A stretch of 64,000 nt of DNA from Anaeromyxobacteraceae bacterium (GTDB lineage Bacteria; Myxococcota; Myxococcia; Myxococcales; Anaeromyxobacteraceae), in the NCBI GenBank assembly GCA_047602405.1, contig JASGHJ010000001.1, forward strand, positions 2,330,423 to 2,394,422, written 5' to 3'. This document shows positions 40,288 through 51,700 of this stretch, piece by piece. The position numbers and the translations under genes are program-made. Every line of letters starts with the position of its first letter. Positions within the stretch are counted from its first letter, which is position 1. The notes under the pieces were generated by a model, which did not search any database, had not been told where the DNA came from, and worked only from the letters and a program-made list of their open reading frames with translations.

Positions 40288-41178
40288 CTACCGGTAGGAA
40301 GCCCACATGGTGTTCGCGCGGGAGTTCTGGCCCGCCGAGAACGTGTTCATGCAGGCGTCGTCCGTGTAGTCCATGAAGTTGGTGATCGGGTCGAGGCCCG
40401 CCTTCGACTTGCAGGAGTCGCGGCCCGTCGGGCAGCCGAACGCGGCCGACTTCTCGGCCGGCGTGTCGCTCACGCCGTCGCCCGTGCCGTTACAGCCGCC
40501 CTGGAACGTGTGGTAGAGGCCGAGCCAGTGGCCGACCTCGTGGGTGGCGGTGTCGCCGAGGTTGTAGGGCGCCGCGGTGCCGCCCGGCAGCGACGAGTAC
40601 AGGACCACGACGCCGTCCATCTTCGGGCTCGACGCGTAGTTCCACGGGAACGTCGCCCAGCCGAGGAGCCCGCTCCCCATGTTGTTGAGGTACAGGTTGA
40701 GCGCGTTCGAGCCGCCCTGGCGGAGCGCGTTCTTCATCTGCGTCTCGCAGGTGCCGCCCGTGCAAGTGTACCAGCTCGAGTTGTTCGCGTGGTCGACGCT
40801 CACCAGGCTGAACGAGAAGCTCGAGGGCGCGTAGGCCGCGTTCAGCACGGAGATCTGCGAGTTGATCTGCGAGGTCGTCGGCGCGCCGCCCGAGCCGTCG
40901 GTGTTGTGGATCACGTGCACGTAGACGGGGATGACGTGCGAGGCGGTGAGGGCGTTCTCCGGGAGGCCGCCCATCGCATCGAGGATGGCCTGCGTCTGCG
41001 CCTCGATGAGCGCGACCGTGCCCTCGTCGAGATCGATGACGCCGCACTGGAGCGCGTTCTCGGGGCGCGGGTTCGAGGCGAGCTCCTCGCCGTCGTCGGG
41101 CTCCTGGCCGCCGCAGGCGGTCAGGGCGAGGGTGAGCGAGGCGACGTACGGGAGCGTGCGGCGAAGGTGGAGGTCCAT
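40288..41178 (-). CDS. M43 (pappalysin/ulilysin-like) zinc metalloprotease, lipoprotein
   Basis: LTACGG, HEVGHWLGLYHTF, NFMDY Met-turn. Confidence 0.92.
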   Translation of the reverse strand: MDLHLRRTLPYVASLTLALTACGGQEPDDGEELASNPRPENALQCGVIDLDEGTVALIEAQTQAILDAMGGLPENALTASHVIPVYVHVIHNTDGSGGAPTTSQINSQISVLNAAYAPSSFSFSLVSVDHANNSSWYTCTGGTCETQMKNALRQGGSNALNLYLNNMGSGLLGWATFPWNYASSPKMDGVVVLYSSLPGGTAAPYNLGDTATHEVGHWLGLYHTFQGGCNGTGDGVSDTPAEKSAAFGCPTGRDSCKSKAGLDPITNFMDYTDDACMNTFSAGQNSRANTMWASYR

Positions 41179-41371
41179 GGGACTCCCTTCGTGAGCGGTG
41201 GGGACGGCGGGACAGCCAGGGGGCCGCAGCGTTTCACGCGCGATCGTGGCGGTGCAAGGCCACGGGGCGTCGTCACCCAAGTGGGCGCGGCACCCAGGGT
41301 GAATTCGTGCGCGTTCGCCGGGCAGCTGCTGCGCAGTGCGGCAACCGCCGTGGATGCGCTAGAACACCGTC

Positions 41372-42415
41372 ATGGATCGTTTCCCCTCCGAACCGCTCAT
41401 CCACCGCCACGACTGGGCCGCGGCCCCCTCCGACGGCGAACGCCGCACCCGCTGGGTGGTCGGCATCACGCTCGCGATGATGGTGGGGGAGATCGTCGCC
41501 GGGACCTGGTTCGGGTCGATGGCGCTCCTCGCCGACGGCTGGCACATGGGCACGCACGCCGCGGCGCTCGGCGTCGCGGTGTTCGCCTACGTCTACGCGC
41601 GCCGGCACGCCGGCGACCCGCGCTACTCCTTCGGCACCGGCAAGGTGGGGGCGCTCGGGGGCTTCGCGAGCGCGGTCGGGCTCGCGGTGGTCGCGCTGCT
41701 GGTGCTGTTCGAGAGCCTCGGCCGGCTCGGGAGCCCGGTCGCGATCCGGTTCGACGAGGCGATCGCGGTCGCCGTGCTCGGCCTCGCCGTCAACGTCGGC
41801 TGCGCGTTCCTCCTGCGCGACCACGATCACGGGCACGACGGGCACGGGCACGGGCACGATGGCCACGGGCACGGGCACCACGGGCACGGCGAGGACGAGC
41901 ACGGCCACGCGCACGAGGACCACGACCACGCGCACCACCACGACCACGCGCACCACCACGACCACGCGCACCACCACGACCACAACCTCCGGGCCGCGTA
42001 CCTGCACGTGCTCGCCGACGCGCTGACCTCCGTGCTCGCGATCCTCGCGCTCGCCGCCGGGCGGACCCTGGGCTGGACGTGGATGGACCCGTTGATGGGC
42101 GTCGTCGGCGCGCTCGTCATCGCCCGGTGGTCGCTCGGCCTCCTGCGCGACACGAGCCGGGTGCTGCTCGACGGCGAGGTCGAGGCGGCGCGGCGCGAGG
42201 CGATCGCGCGCGCGATCGAGGGGCCGGGCGACGGGCGGGTGACCGACCTCCACGTCTGGCGCGTGGGCCCGCGGCAGCTCGCGGCCATCGTCGCCGTGGT
42301 CACCGAGGCGCCCCGGACGCCGGCGCACTACCGCGCGCGGCTCGCCGCCTTCCCGGACCTCGCCCACGTGACGGTCGAGGTGAACGCCCCGGCCGACGCG
42401 CGCCCGGCCGCCTGA
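41372..42415 (+). CDS. dmeF: CDF family Co/Ni efflux transporter
   Basis: GSMALLADGWHM, FGTGKV, His-rich loop, HNLRAAYLHVLADALTS. Confidence 0.9.
   Translation: MDRFPSEPLIHRHDWAAAPSDGERRTRWVVGITLAMMVGEIVAGTWFGSMALLADGWHMGTHAAALGVAVFAYVYARRHAGDPRYSFGTGKVGALGGFASAVGLAVVALLVLFESLGRLGSPVAIRFDEAIAVAVLGLAVNVGCAFLLRDHDHGHDGHGHGHDGHGHGHHGHGEDEHGHAHEDHDHAHHHDHAHHHDHAHHHDHNLRAAYLHVLADALTSVLAILALAAGRTLGWTWMDPLMGVVGALVIARWSLGLLRDTSRVLLDGEVEAARREAIARAIEGPGDGRVTDLHVWRVGPRQLAAIVAVVTEAPRTPAHYRARLAAFPDLAHVTVEVNAPADARPAA
41921..41983 (+). repeat. Coding 18-nt tandem repeat in His-rich loop
   Basis: (cacgaccacgcgcaccac)x3.5 encoding HDHAHH. Confidence 0.8.
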
Positions 42416-42555
42416 TGGGCCGTCCCCCGGGCGGGCGCCGACGCAGGGTGAATACGGACACGGGTTCAACGCTCCGCCCGCGCCGCGCCGCGGTGCGGGG
42501 GACGACCCCGAGGAGGAGAGCGCCTGGGCGGGCCGCGCCCTAGCTTTGCGGCGCC

Positions 42556-44860
42556 ATGAAAAGGTACTGGGCTGCGCTGGTCGTCGTGATGGTCTTCGGG
42601 TTCGGCGTCCTCGGCGCCTTCGCGCCGCGGATCCGGGCGGCGATGCCGCCCATCCCCACGCGCGTCGTCGACGCCTCCGGCCGCGAGGTGCTCGACGGGG
42701 CCGCGATCATGCGGGGGCAGAACGTCTGGCAGTCGATCGGGGGGCAGGAGGTCGGGACGATCTGGGGCCACGGCTCGTACGTGGCGCCGGACTGGGGCGC
42801 GGACTGGCTCCACCGCGAGGCGACGTTCGTGCTCGACGCGTGGGCGAGGGCCGAGGGGGCGCCGGGCGGCTACGCGGCGCTGCCGCCCGAGCAGCAGGCC
42901 GCCCTGCGGGAGCGCCTCTCCGGCGACCTGCGCCGGAACACGTACGACCCCGCCACCGGCGCGGTCGCGATCTCGGCCGAGCGCGCGCGGGCGTACCGCG
43001 CGAACGCCGAGCACTTCGCCGGCGTGTTCCGGGACGGGGTCGACGCGTACGCGATCCCGCGCGGCGCGCTCACCGACCCCGCGAAGCTCTCCGATCTGGC
43101 CGCGTTCTTCTGGTGGGCGAGCTGGGCGTCGGTGACCGAGCGGCCGGGCGAGACCGTGACCTACACGCAGAACTGGCCCCACGAGCCGCTCGTCGGCAAC
43201 CGGCCCACCGGCGGCGCGCTCGTGTGGAGCGTGCTGTCGTTCGTGCTGCTCCTCGCCGGCATCGGCGGGCTCGTGTGGTGGCAGGGCGGGCGGGAGGGGA
43301 ACCACGTGGCCGGCGAGCTCCCGGAGCGCGATCCGCTCTTCGGGCTCAAGCCGACGCCGAGCCAGCGCGCGACGCTGAAGTACTTCTGGGTGGTGGCCGC
43401 GCTGCTCGTGGTGCAGGTCGCGCTCGGGGCGGTGACCGCGCACTACGGCGTCGAGGGGGCGGGCTTCTACGGGTTCCCGCTCGCGGACTGGCTCCCGTAC
43501 TCGGTCGCGCGCACCTGGCACACGCAGCTCGGCATCTTCTGGATCGCGACGGCCTGGCTCGCCACCGGGCTCTACGTCGGCCCGGCGGTCTCCGGCGTCG
43601 AGCCGCGCGGGCAGGCCGCCCTCGTGAACGTGCTCTCTCGTCGCGCTGCTCGTGATCGTGGTCGGCTCCCTCGCCGGGGAGTGGCTGAGCGTGATGGGGA
43701 AGCTCCCGGGCGACGGCTGGTACTGGTTCGGCCACCAGGGCTGGGAGTACGTCGACCTCGGGCGCTTCTGGCAGCTCTTCCTCTTCGCCGGGCTCTGGAT
43801 CTGGCTCGCGCTGATGGCCCGGGCGCTCGTCCCGGTGCTCCGGCGGGCGCGCGCACCCGAGGAGGCCGAGGCCCGCTCGCTGCTCGGGCTGTTCCTCCTC
43901 TCGTCGGTCGCGATCGCGCTCTTCTACGGGGCCGGGCTCATGTACGGGAAGGGCTCGCACCTCGCGATGGTGGAGTACTGGCGCTGGTGGGTGGTGCACC
44001 TGTGGGTGGAGGGCTTCTTCGAGGTCTTCGCGACCGTCGTCATCGCGTTCCTCTTCGTGCGCCTGAAGCTGCTCGAGGTCGGGAAGGCCACCCGGGCGAC
44101 CTTCTTCTCCACCGCGGTGTTCCTCGCGGGCGGCATCATCGGGACCTTCCACCACCTCTACTTCTCGGGCACGCCGGAGGCGGTCATCGCGCTCGGCGCG
44201 ACCTTCAGCGCGCTCGAGGTGGTCCCGCTCGTGCTCGTGGGGCTCGAGGTCTGGCAGAACCTCCGGCTCGCCCGGGCCCGGCGCTGGCTCGAGGCGTACC
44301 GCTGGCCGATCTGGTGCTTCGTGGCGGTCGCGTTCTGGAACCTGGTGGGCGCGGGGCTGTTCGGCTTCTTCATCAACCCGCCCATCGCGCTCTACTACAT
44401 GCAGGGGCTCAACACGACGCCGGTGCACGGCCACACCGCGCTCTTCGGCGTCTACGGGATGCTGGGCATCGGCCTCATGCTGTTCTGCCTGCGCGCGCTC
44501 CGGCCGGGCGCGGCGTGGCGCGACGGCCCGCTCGCGGTCGCCTTCTGGTGCATCAACGGCGGGCTCGCGCTGATGGTGCTGCTCTCGGTGCTGCCGGTGG
44601 GGCTCCTGCAGGCGCAGGCCTCGGTGGAGGTCGGCACCTGGTGGGCCCGCAGCGCGGAGTTCATGCAGCGCCCGGTGATGAGCACGCTCCGGTGGCTGCG
44701 CGTCCCGGGGGACACGCTCTTCGCCATCGGGGCGATCGTGCTCGGTGGGTTCGTGCTCGGCCTGCGCACCGGCTGGTCGCTGCGGCGAGGCGCGACCGTG
44801 CCGGAGGGGTCGACCGAAGTCCTGCCCGGCGAGGCAGAGGCGCTGCCCCGCCGACCGTGA
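42556..44860 (+). CDS. norB: Quinol-dependent nitric oxide reductase (qNor); frameshift near 43637
   Basis: GHGSYVAPDW, YTQNWPHEPL, RTWHTQL, WWVVHLWVEGFFE, GTFHHLY, VHGHTALFGVYG. Confidence 0.93.
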
Positions 44861-44895
44861 GCGGCCCGCTCCCCCGGCGGAGCGAGCCTCCTCGC

Positions 44896-45183
44896 CTACG
44901 CCGCGACGACGGCGGGGACCGGCAGCGGCAGCGGCTGCGGGCGGCTGATCGTCTCGACCAGGCGCACCGGCGTCGTGTCGAGCACCTGCGCGATCTGGAT
45001 GAGCCGCGAGAGCGGCGGGTTCCGCTCGCCGCGCTCCAGCAAGGAAACGTAAGAGACCGAGACGCCGAGCTCGCGGGCGAGCTGGACCTGCGTCTTCTGG
45101 TTCGCGCGGCGGATGTCGCGGAGGCTGGCGCCGAAAACCTTCAGTGCGTCGCTGCGGGTTGCCCTGGGCACGTCCTTCTCCAT
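44896..45183 (-). CDS. XRE-family HTH regulator
   Basis: FGASLRDIR..TQVQLARELGVSVSYVSLLERGERNP. Confidence 0.85.
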   Translation of the reverse strand: MEKDVPRATRSDALKVFGASLRDIRRANQKTQVQLARELGVSVSYVSLLERGERNPPLSRLIQIAQVLDTTPVRLVETISRPQPLPLPVPAVVAA

Positions 45184-45398
45184 TGACCGCTCCATGCGGC
45201 TCGCTGAATTACCTACCGCCAACCCCGCGGGGTCGCTTTCCGGTTCTTGCAACAAGGTCGCGCCGTTCTTTCGGTTCCTTGCGTGCTGCGGGTCGAATCC
45301 ATGGTGTAACCACCCGGAAGGACAGGAACCCTGGGTCAGGGTACAAGTACCCCCAGTCCCGCTGGCCGTTCGGGTGTACCGGGGCGACCGGCCGTGAA

Positions 45399-46016
45399 TC
45401 AGCCCCGACCGGTCGAGAGCGCGAGCAGGACCTGGGCCGCGTAGTAGAGCGGCAGCCCGACGAGCCGGTTCGCGAAGGCCTCCTTCACGAAGCGGTCGCG
45501 CGCGACGGTGAGGTCGGAGACGTAGAAGAGGAGCGCGCCGGCGATCACCGTCCCGCGGCCGGTGCCGAGCGCGAGCCAGACCATCAGGCTGATCACGACG
45601 CAGTACGCGACGACGGGCGCCCGCATCGTGCCGAGGTGCGGCCACAGCCAGCGCAGCACGAGCGCGAACGCCACGCCGAGCGGCGCGGCGGCCCACGCGG
45701 CGGGTGCGGCCAGGACGGTCGCGAACCCGGCCGCGTAGGCGACGTGCGCGAGCAGGAACGCGACGAGGCCCGCCAGGAACGCCGTGCGAGCCGGCGAGAG
45801 GAGGAGCGCGTCACCGACCGTGGAGAGGCACAGCCCGGCGAGGAGCGCCTGGTCGAGCGCGCCGCCGCCGGCCGCGCCGCGCGCGAGGGCGAGCGCGATC
45901 ACCGCGAGCGAGGCGCCGACCTTGCCGAGGGCCCGGGCCGCCGCCTGGCCCCGGGCCTCCGCCGCGAGGTGGACGGCGAGGAGGAGGGCCGCGGCCGCGA
46001 CGGGCGCGAGGGTCAT
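45399..46016 (-). CDS. YhhN/lysoplasmalogenase family membrane protein
   Basis: GDALLL, FLAGLVAFLLAH, GALLFYVSD, LYYAAQ. Confidence 0.88.
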   Translation of the reverse strand: MTLAPVAAAALLLAVHLAAEARGQAAARALGKVGASLAVIALALARGAAGGGALDQALLAGLCLSTVGDALLLSPARTAFLAGLVAFLLAHVAYAAGFATVLAAPAAWAAAPLGVAFALVLRWLWPHLGTMRAPVVAYCVVISLMVWLALGTGRGTVIAGALLFYVSDLTVARDRFVKEAFANRLVGLPLYYAAQVLLALSTGRG

Positions 46017-46074
46017 GGCGCATCGTCGCCGCGGCGGGCGGGCGCGTCGACCGGCCTCGAGGGGCCTCCCCCGA

Positions 46075-47286
46075 CTACCCGTGCTCGCGGAACTTCGAGA
46101 GCGCCGCCTTCACGAAGCGCGAGCGCACCTGCTCGGTCGCGAGCAGCCGCTCCGCGGGCGGCAGCGCGCCGAGGCCGCGCACGAGGCCGTGCAGCACCCG
46201 CGCGCCGAGCGAGCCGCTCGCGTCGAAGAGGAGGTCGGCGAGGCGGTTTCGCTCGAGCGCCTGGCGCACGACCTTCTCGAGCTGGTTCTGCGGCACCGGC
46301 CGCTGCGCGCCGCCGCGTACCATCCGGAGCGCGCCCTTGTGGCAGGCGGTCGCGCAGACGCCGCAGCCGATGCAGCGCTCGAGGTCGAAGCGCGGGGCGA
46401 GGCCGGACTTCTGCTGGCCGGTCCGGCGCTCCGGGACCATCGCGACCGCGCCCACCGGGCAGGCGCGTGCGCAGCGCGAGCAGCCGGCGCACGCGTCGCC
46501 CTCGCGCCGGGGCGCGAACCCGCTGCCGTTCACGCCGCGCAGGCCGAAGTCGTTCACCGCCCGCAGCTGCTCGCAGCAGCACCCGCAGCAGTTGCAGACG
46601 AAGGTCGGCCGGCTCCTCACGTTGTCGGCGATCTGCACGAGCCCGCCTTCGCGCGAGCGCGCGAGGACCTCCAGCGCCTCGGCGCGCCCGATGGGGCGGC
46701 CGAAGCCGCGGCGCACCACGAACTCGGCGCCGCCGCCGAGCGACAGGCAGACCTCCATGGGCGCGCCGCAGGCCTCGCCCACGTGCTCGGCCTTGTGCCG
46801 GCAGTAGCAGAGCGAGACGGCCCAGGCCTTCGCGTCGCCCACCACCGCGCTCGCCCGCTCCCAGTCGAGCACCTCGGGCGCGTCGTCGGCGAGCGGCGGC
46901 TCGTGCACGAGCGCGCGCCCGATGACGGTGTCCCGGCCGAGCGCCTCGCGCGCGAAGGCGGGGTCACCGTGGGTGTAGGCGTGCAGGGCCTCCGCCATGC
47001 GCTTCTTCGGGATGGTGTCGCGCTTGCCGTCGCCGAAGGGCGCGTCCTGCGCCCGCATGAGCGAGTACTCGAAGAACCCGACCACCGGCGGCGACAGGAA
47101 GTAGCTCACCCGCCCCGAGCGCGGCTCGACGAGGTCCATCACGAGCCCCTTGTCGCACATGGCGTCGAGCTTCGGCCCGAGCTCGGCCTCGGCGACGCCG
47201 AGGCGGCCGGCGAGCGTGCGGAGCGAGGTCGGCCGGAAGGGCATCCGGGCCGCGATCGCCGCCTCCTCGGGCGTCCAGAGGATCTT
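46075..47286 (-). pseudogene. 4Fe-4S dicluster protein, 5'-truncated at the junction
   Basis: CYCRH, CNCCGCCC, CxxCxxCxxxCP and CIGCGVCATAC; the plausible reading begins at KILWTPEEAAIAARMP and upstream sequence is the antisense of a STAS gene. Confidence 0.75.
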
Positions 47287-47635
47287 CGTCATCCCGCTCT
47301 CGCAGAAGGTCCTCCTCATGCCGCTCATCGGCACCATCGACGCCGGGCGCGCGGGGCTGATCATCGAGGCCTCCCTCCTCGGCATCGCCCGGCACCGCGC
47401 CTCGCACCTGATCCTCGACATCACCGGCGTGCCCGAGATCGACACCCTCGCCGCCGACGCGCTCGTCCGCACCTCGCGGGCCGTGAGGATCATCGGCGCG
47501 CGGGCGTGGATGACGGGGATAAGCCCGGCCATTGCCCGGACGCTCGCGCAGATCCAGGCGGATCTCGGCGAGCTCTCGACCTATGGCACCGTCCAGGAGG
47601 CCGTCGCCCGGCTGCTCCGCGGGAAGAGCCTCTGA
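47287..47635 (+). pseudogene. RsbR-type STAS domain, 5'-truncated
   Basis: VIPLSQKVLLMPLIGTID..RA..LILDITGVPEIDT..GARAWMTGISPAIARTL; no start codon or N-terminal sensor domain. Confidence 0.8.
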
Positions 47636-47689
47636 TCCCGCCCCGGCCTCGGCGGCGGGGCACAGCTCGGCTACGGTGATCGCCCGTCG

Positions 47690-48614
47690 ATGGAGATCGC
47701 CGACGTCCCGCCCGACCTCACGCGCCTGATCCGCGATCCTACGGCCGCGCCGGCCCCGTCGCCGTTCGATCACGCCCACGCCCTGCTCCGCGCCCACCTG
47801 CTCCGGCGGATCTCGCGCGCGCTCGAGAGCGCCGGCCTCTCCGCGATGCTCGTCAAGGGCGCCGCGCTCGCGCTCACCGTCTATCCGGACGCCGCCTCGC
47901 GCCCCATGGGCGACATCGATCTCCTGGCGCGGCGCGCGGATCGCGATCGGATCGTCGCCGCGCTGATCGACGCCGGCAGCGAGCTGCGCGCCCCAGCGGG
48001 GAGGCCGTGGAGCGCCGATCTCCTCGGCGAGGCGGTCGTCGCCATGCAGGCCGGCGCGACGTCGCTGCTCGTCGAGGTGCACACCACGCTCGACAAGATT
48101 CGTCGCGCGCCCGGTCGACATGCGCGCCCTCTTCGCCCGCGCCACGCCGGCCCCGGACCTGCCCGGCCTGACCATCCCGTCGCCGGAGGACCACGCGATC
48201 CTCATCGCGATCCACGCCGCCGGCCACGATTTCCACCACGCCGCGGCCCTGCTCGACCTCGCGCTCCTGCTGCGCAAAGGCCTGGATCTCCCCGCGCTCG
48301 CGGCGAGGGCGCGCGCGTGGCGAGCGCGGACGGCGCTGTTCGTCCTGTTCTCCCTGCTGCGCGATCTCGGCGCGCCCGAGGTCTCGGACGCGCATGTGGC
48401 GCTGTTCGATCCCGGCCCGCTGCGGCGCGCGGTCCTCCGCCGCCGCGCCGCGATGGCCGCCTCGAGCAACGATCTCGGACTGCCGTGGATGATCCGGCAA
48501 ACACCGCTCCGCGACGATCTCGGCACCTGGGTGCTGGGGCTCTGTCGCTATGCGGCGGTGCGCGGCGTGGAGCGGGTGATCTTCGGCAGCGCTCGAATAC
48601 GGCCCACGGCGTGA
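47690..48614 (+). CDS. Uncharacterised nucleotidyltransferase (NTP_transf_5-like); frameshift near 48100
   Basis: LVKGAALA..YPD...RPMGDIDLL, VEVH, PSPEDHAILIAIH..H, LLDLALL. Confidence 0.85.
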
Positions 48615-48619
48615 AGTCC

Positions 48620-48639
48620 GAACATCGGAGTCGATGTTC
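48620..48639. terminator. Hairpin immediately after the nucleotidyltransferase stop
   Basis: gaacatcg-gagt-cgatgttc; no clear U-tract. Confidence 0.35.
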
Positions 48640-48794
48640 ACGCAATTCCAGACGACGTTCGTGCACTACCATCGACGCAGCATCGCGTCGACGCGCTCAC
48701 CGAGCGTGCCTTACGCACTCAGGGCTCTGGGCGGACCAATACAGGTTCCCTTACAGGGTTTTCCCGGTTAACCTCCGTCCACCTGGAGGGAGCC

Positions 48795-51700
48795 ATGAGC
48801 CTGCACGCGCTTATCACCGCCCTTGCCCGTGGACTAACGCGGATGTTGGCCCCACTGCTCCTGGTGCTCGGATGCGTGCTCGAGCGGCAGCGCGTGTTCC
48901 GACGCCTCGACACCTCCCTCGCTCGGGGATGGTCCACCTCCGAAGACGCCCACTCCACCGCCGACTCAGCATCCCCCGCCGACGTGCCCGGCGTGGGATG
49001 ACTCCGTTTTTCCGTATGACCTCCCCACCACACCGACCGCCGCCGCCGGATCCATCGAAGGATCCTTCTCCGTTTCTCCTGCCGGCGATGCGACCTATCT
49101 CCTCTCGCTCGATGTCCCGCCGGGCAGGAACGGGATGCAGCCCTCGATCGGGATCGCTTACGACAGCGCGGGCGGCGATGCCGTGCTCGGCATGGGCTTC
49201 TCCATCACAGGCCTGTCCGCGATCACCCGCTGTCCACGCAATCTGCTCCAGGACGGGCGCGTCGGCGGGGTGACCTACGGACAGGCGGACGCGCTTTGTC
49301 TCGACGGCCAGCACCTCGTCATGACGAAGGGCCTCGTCCCGGATCCGCAGCACCCGTTTGCCGCGCAGAGCTGCGCCGCGCCCGATTGCTACGAGTACCG
49401 GACACAGCCGGATTCATTCGTACGCGTGCTCGCCCGCTACGAAAAGGGTCTGCCTGCGGACGACGGTCCGCAGTACTTCGACGTCTTCACCAAATCCGGC
49501 CTGCACCTCATCTACGGCGACGCCCCCGGGCAAGGCGGCAACGCCAACGTGCTCGCGTTGAACAGCGCCAACGCGGCCTGGTGGATCGCGCAGTCGAGCG
49601 ATCGCGACGGCAACACCATTGATTACACCTACTGGAACGATCTCGCATCGATCCCCTGGTCCTCCTGGCCTTATCTCCGGTCCTACACGACCGAGATCGC
49701 GCCCAAGCAGATCACCTACACCGGCCATCCCACGGTCCCGGCGACGCGGGCGATCTCGTTCGTCTACGATACCAAGGATCCGGAGGATATCCGCACGCGC
49801 TACGACCACGGCGCGCCGCGCACGAGCGCACGCCGCCTCGCGTCGATCTCGATGAGCGAGGGGCAAACCATCCTGCGCACGTACGATTTCACCTATGCGC
49901 TCGGGCAAACCACCCGCCGGACGCTCCTCCAGGAGGTCGAGGAGTGCTCCTGGACGCCGCAACGGGTGTGCAAGCCGCCCACGATTTTCACCTGGAGCGA
50001 GGCCGAGCTCGGGTTCAGCGCAGCCCCGGTCACGGCGTTGCCTGCTCCCGAGTCCGGGAATGCCAGCGTCATGCCGATGGACATCACCGGCGACGGCTTA
50101 CCAGATCTCGTGGTACCCGACATGCCCAAGGTCGGCGACACGAGCGCGGATCCTTCCACGACGCTGTGGCGCGTCGCGGTCAACAAAGGACCGCTCCACC
50201 CCGATCCCGATCACAGCCCCTACTTCTCCTCGCCGTTCACGGTCGCGGCCAACGCGCCCATCCCGCCGCCGGCCCAGCCGGGCGCGGCTGTCCTTCCCGA
50301 GCTCGGGACGCCCATCGATTACAATCACGATGGGCTGACGGACCTCCTCTTGCACGACATCCACGGTCAGCACCCGAACTGGATGGTGCTCCTCACGGTG
50401 CCGCCTTCGCCGAACAAACCGAATCCCACGTTCAAGCCGCTGGACACCGGCATCCCGCGGGTGTTCGGCCTCGGCGTGGATACGCCGCCGAGGCTCGCCG
50501 GGGCGACGGCCTCCGCTCACCTCGCGGATTTGGATGGAAACGGCGTGAGCGATCTCATTCAGTGTGAAGAGATTGCCATCGGCACGTTCGCATGGACAGT
50601 ACACCTCTGGGAGCCAGGAGGCTTCAGCCCCACCGCTCGCCCGCTGCCGCCGCTCTCGGTCATCTATCCCTGTGACACCGAGCTAACTCCCCTGGACGTC
50701 GACGCGGACGGCGTTATCGATCTCGTCCTGCGGGAGACCGACCAGGATCCGATGGGCGGCGCCATTCTGCGCGACAACTACATCACGTTCTCGCTCGTCG
50801 TCGCGAGCGCAGTGAGCCCGAGCTTCGATCTCTGGTCCTCGCTGGACCTGCACCTCCAGGTGCCGCCGACCGGAGGGGCGATCTTCTGGATGGATGTCAA
50901 CGGCGATAGCCTCCCCGACGCGGTCGAGACCGGGTTCGCCAACCATCTTCCGTTGACGTTCCTCAACACCGGTGATCCGGAGCAGATGTTCGCGCCGGGC
51001 TACGTGAGCATGGCGGCGGACCCGACGATCGATGCGCCGGACGCGCTGGCCTCGCTCGGGGTGCCCATCGACGACAATGGTGATGGGCAAGAGGACTTGC
51101 TCTTGCCCGTGCGGATGAACGGCCCCAACAACCCTCCTTCCTGGGTCGTGCTGGAGACCTCGAAGCAGGATCCGAGCGACCCGGCGTCCCCGTGGGTGTT
51201 CGTGCCGGTCGTGACGTCGATCCCCTTCGATGCCCAGGCGACGCTGGACGCAACCGGCAACGCGAAGATCTCGCTCTGGGACCCGCACGGGCCGCGCGTG
51301 CTCGACGTCGACGGGGACGGGGCGCACGACGTCCTCTTGCCGATCAATGGATTCTTCCACGTCTTCCGCAACAAGGCGTCCGATCAGGATCTGCTCGTCG
51401 CGGTCACGGACGGGCACAACGAGCACGACCCGGGTGAGCCAGGCTTTGCGCCCACCGTCGCGATTACCTATGCACACCTGATCGATCTCGCGCGGACCGA
51501 CGGCGTCTCCCCGGGATCACCGGCGCTCGACGAGTATCGCTATGTGTCGCGCGACGATCCGGCCAATGGCTGCGATTACCCGCGGGCGTGCGTCGCCGGG
51601 CCCCAGCGCGTCGTCGCGACGTATTCGCTGAACGCCGGCGCCTCGCCCAAGGGCCTTCCGCGGTGGCGCGCCTATGCCATCCAGTACCGCGACAGCCGCT

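Noticed and set aside
41820..41983. Short tandem repeats resembling an array
   Set aside because: Encode the His-rich loop of DmeF; no spacers, not CRISPR.
43620..43660. Programmed frameshift or genuinely split qNor
   Set aside because: No recognisable slippery heptamer; same pattern as the many other probable sequencing indels.
44896..45400. XRE gene and upstream imperfect direct repeats (ctttccggttcttgc / ctttcggttccttgc) as a prophage or ICE remnant
   Set aside because: No integrase or phage genes nearby; two short imperfect repeats are too weak to call.
47281..47284. GATC at the junction as a restriction-cloning scar
   Set aside because: Protein similarity suggests the break is a few bases away and GATC is very frequent here; cannot be supported.
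46075..47532. ORF-track 485-aa protein as a full-length 4Fe-4S protein
   Set aside because: Its first ~80 aa are the antisense of the STAS fragment across the junction.
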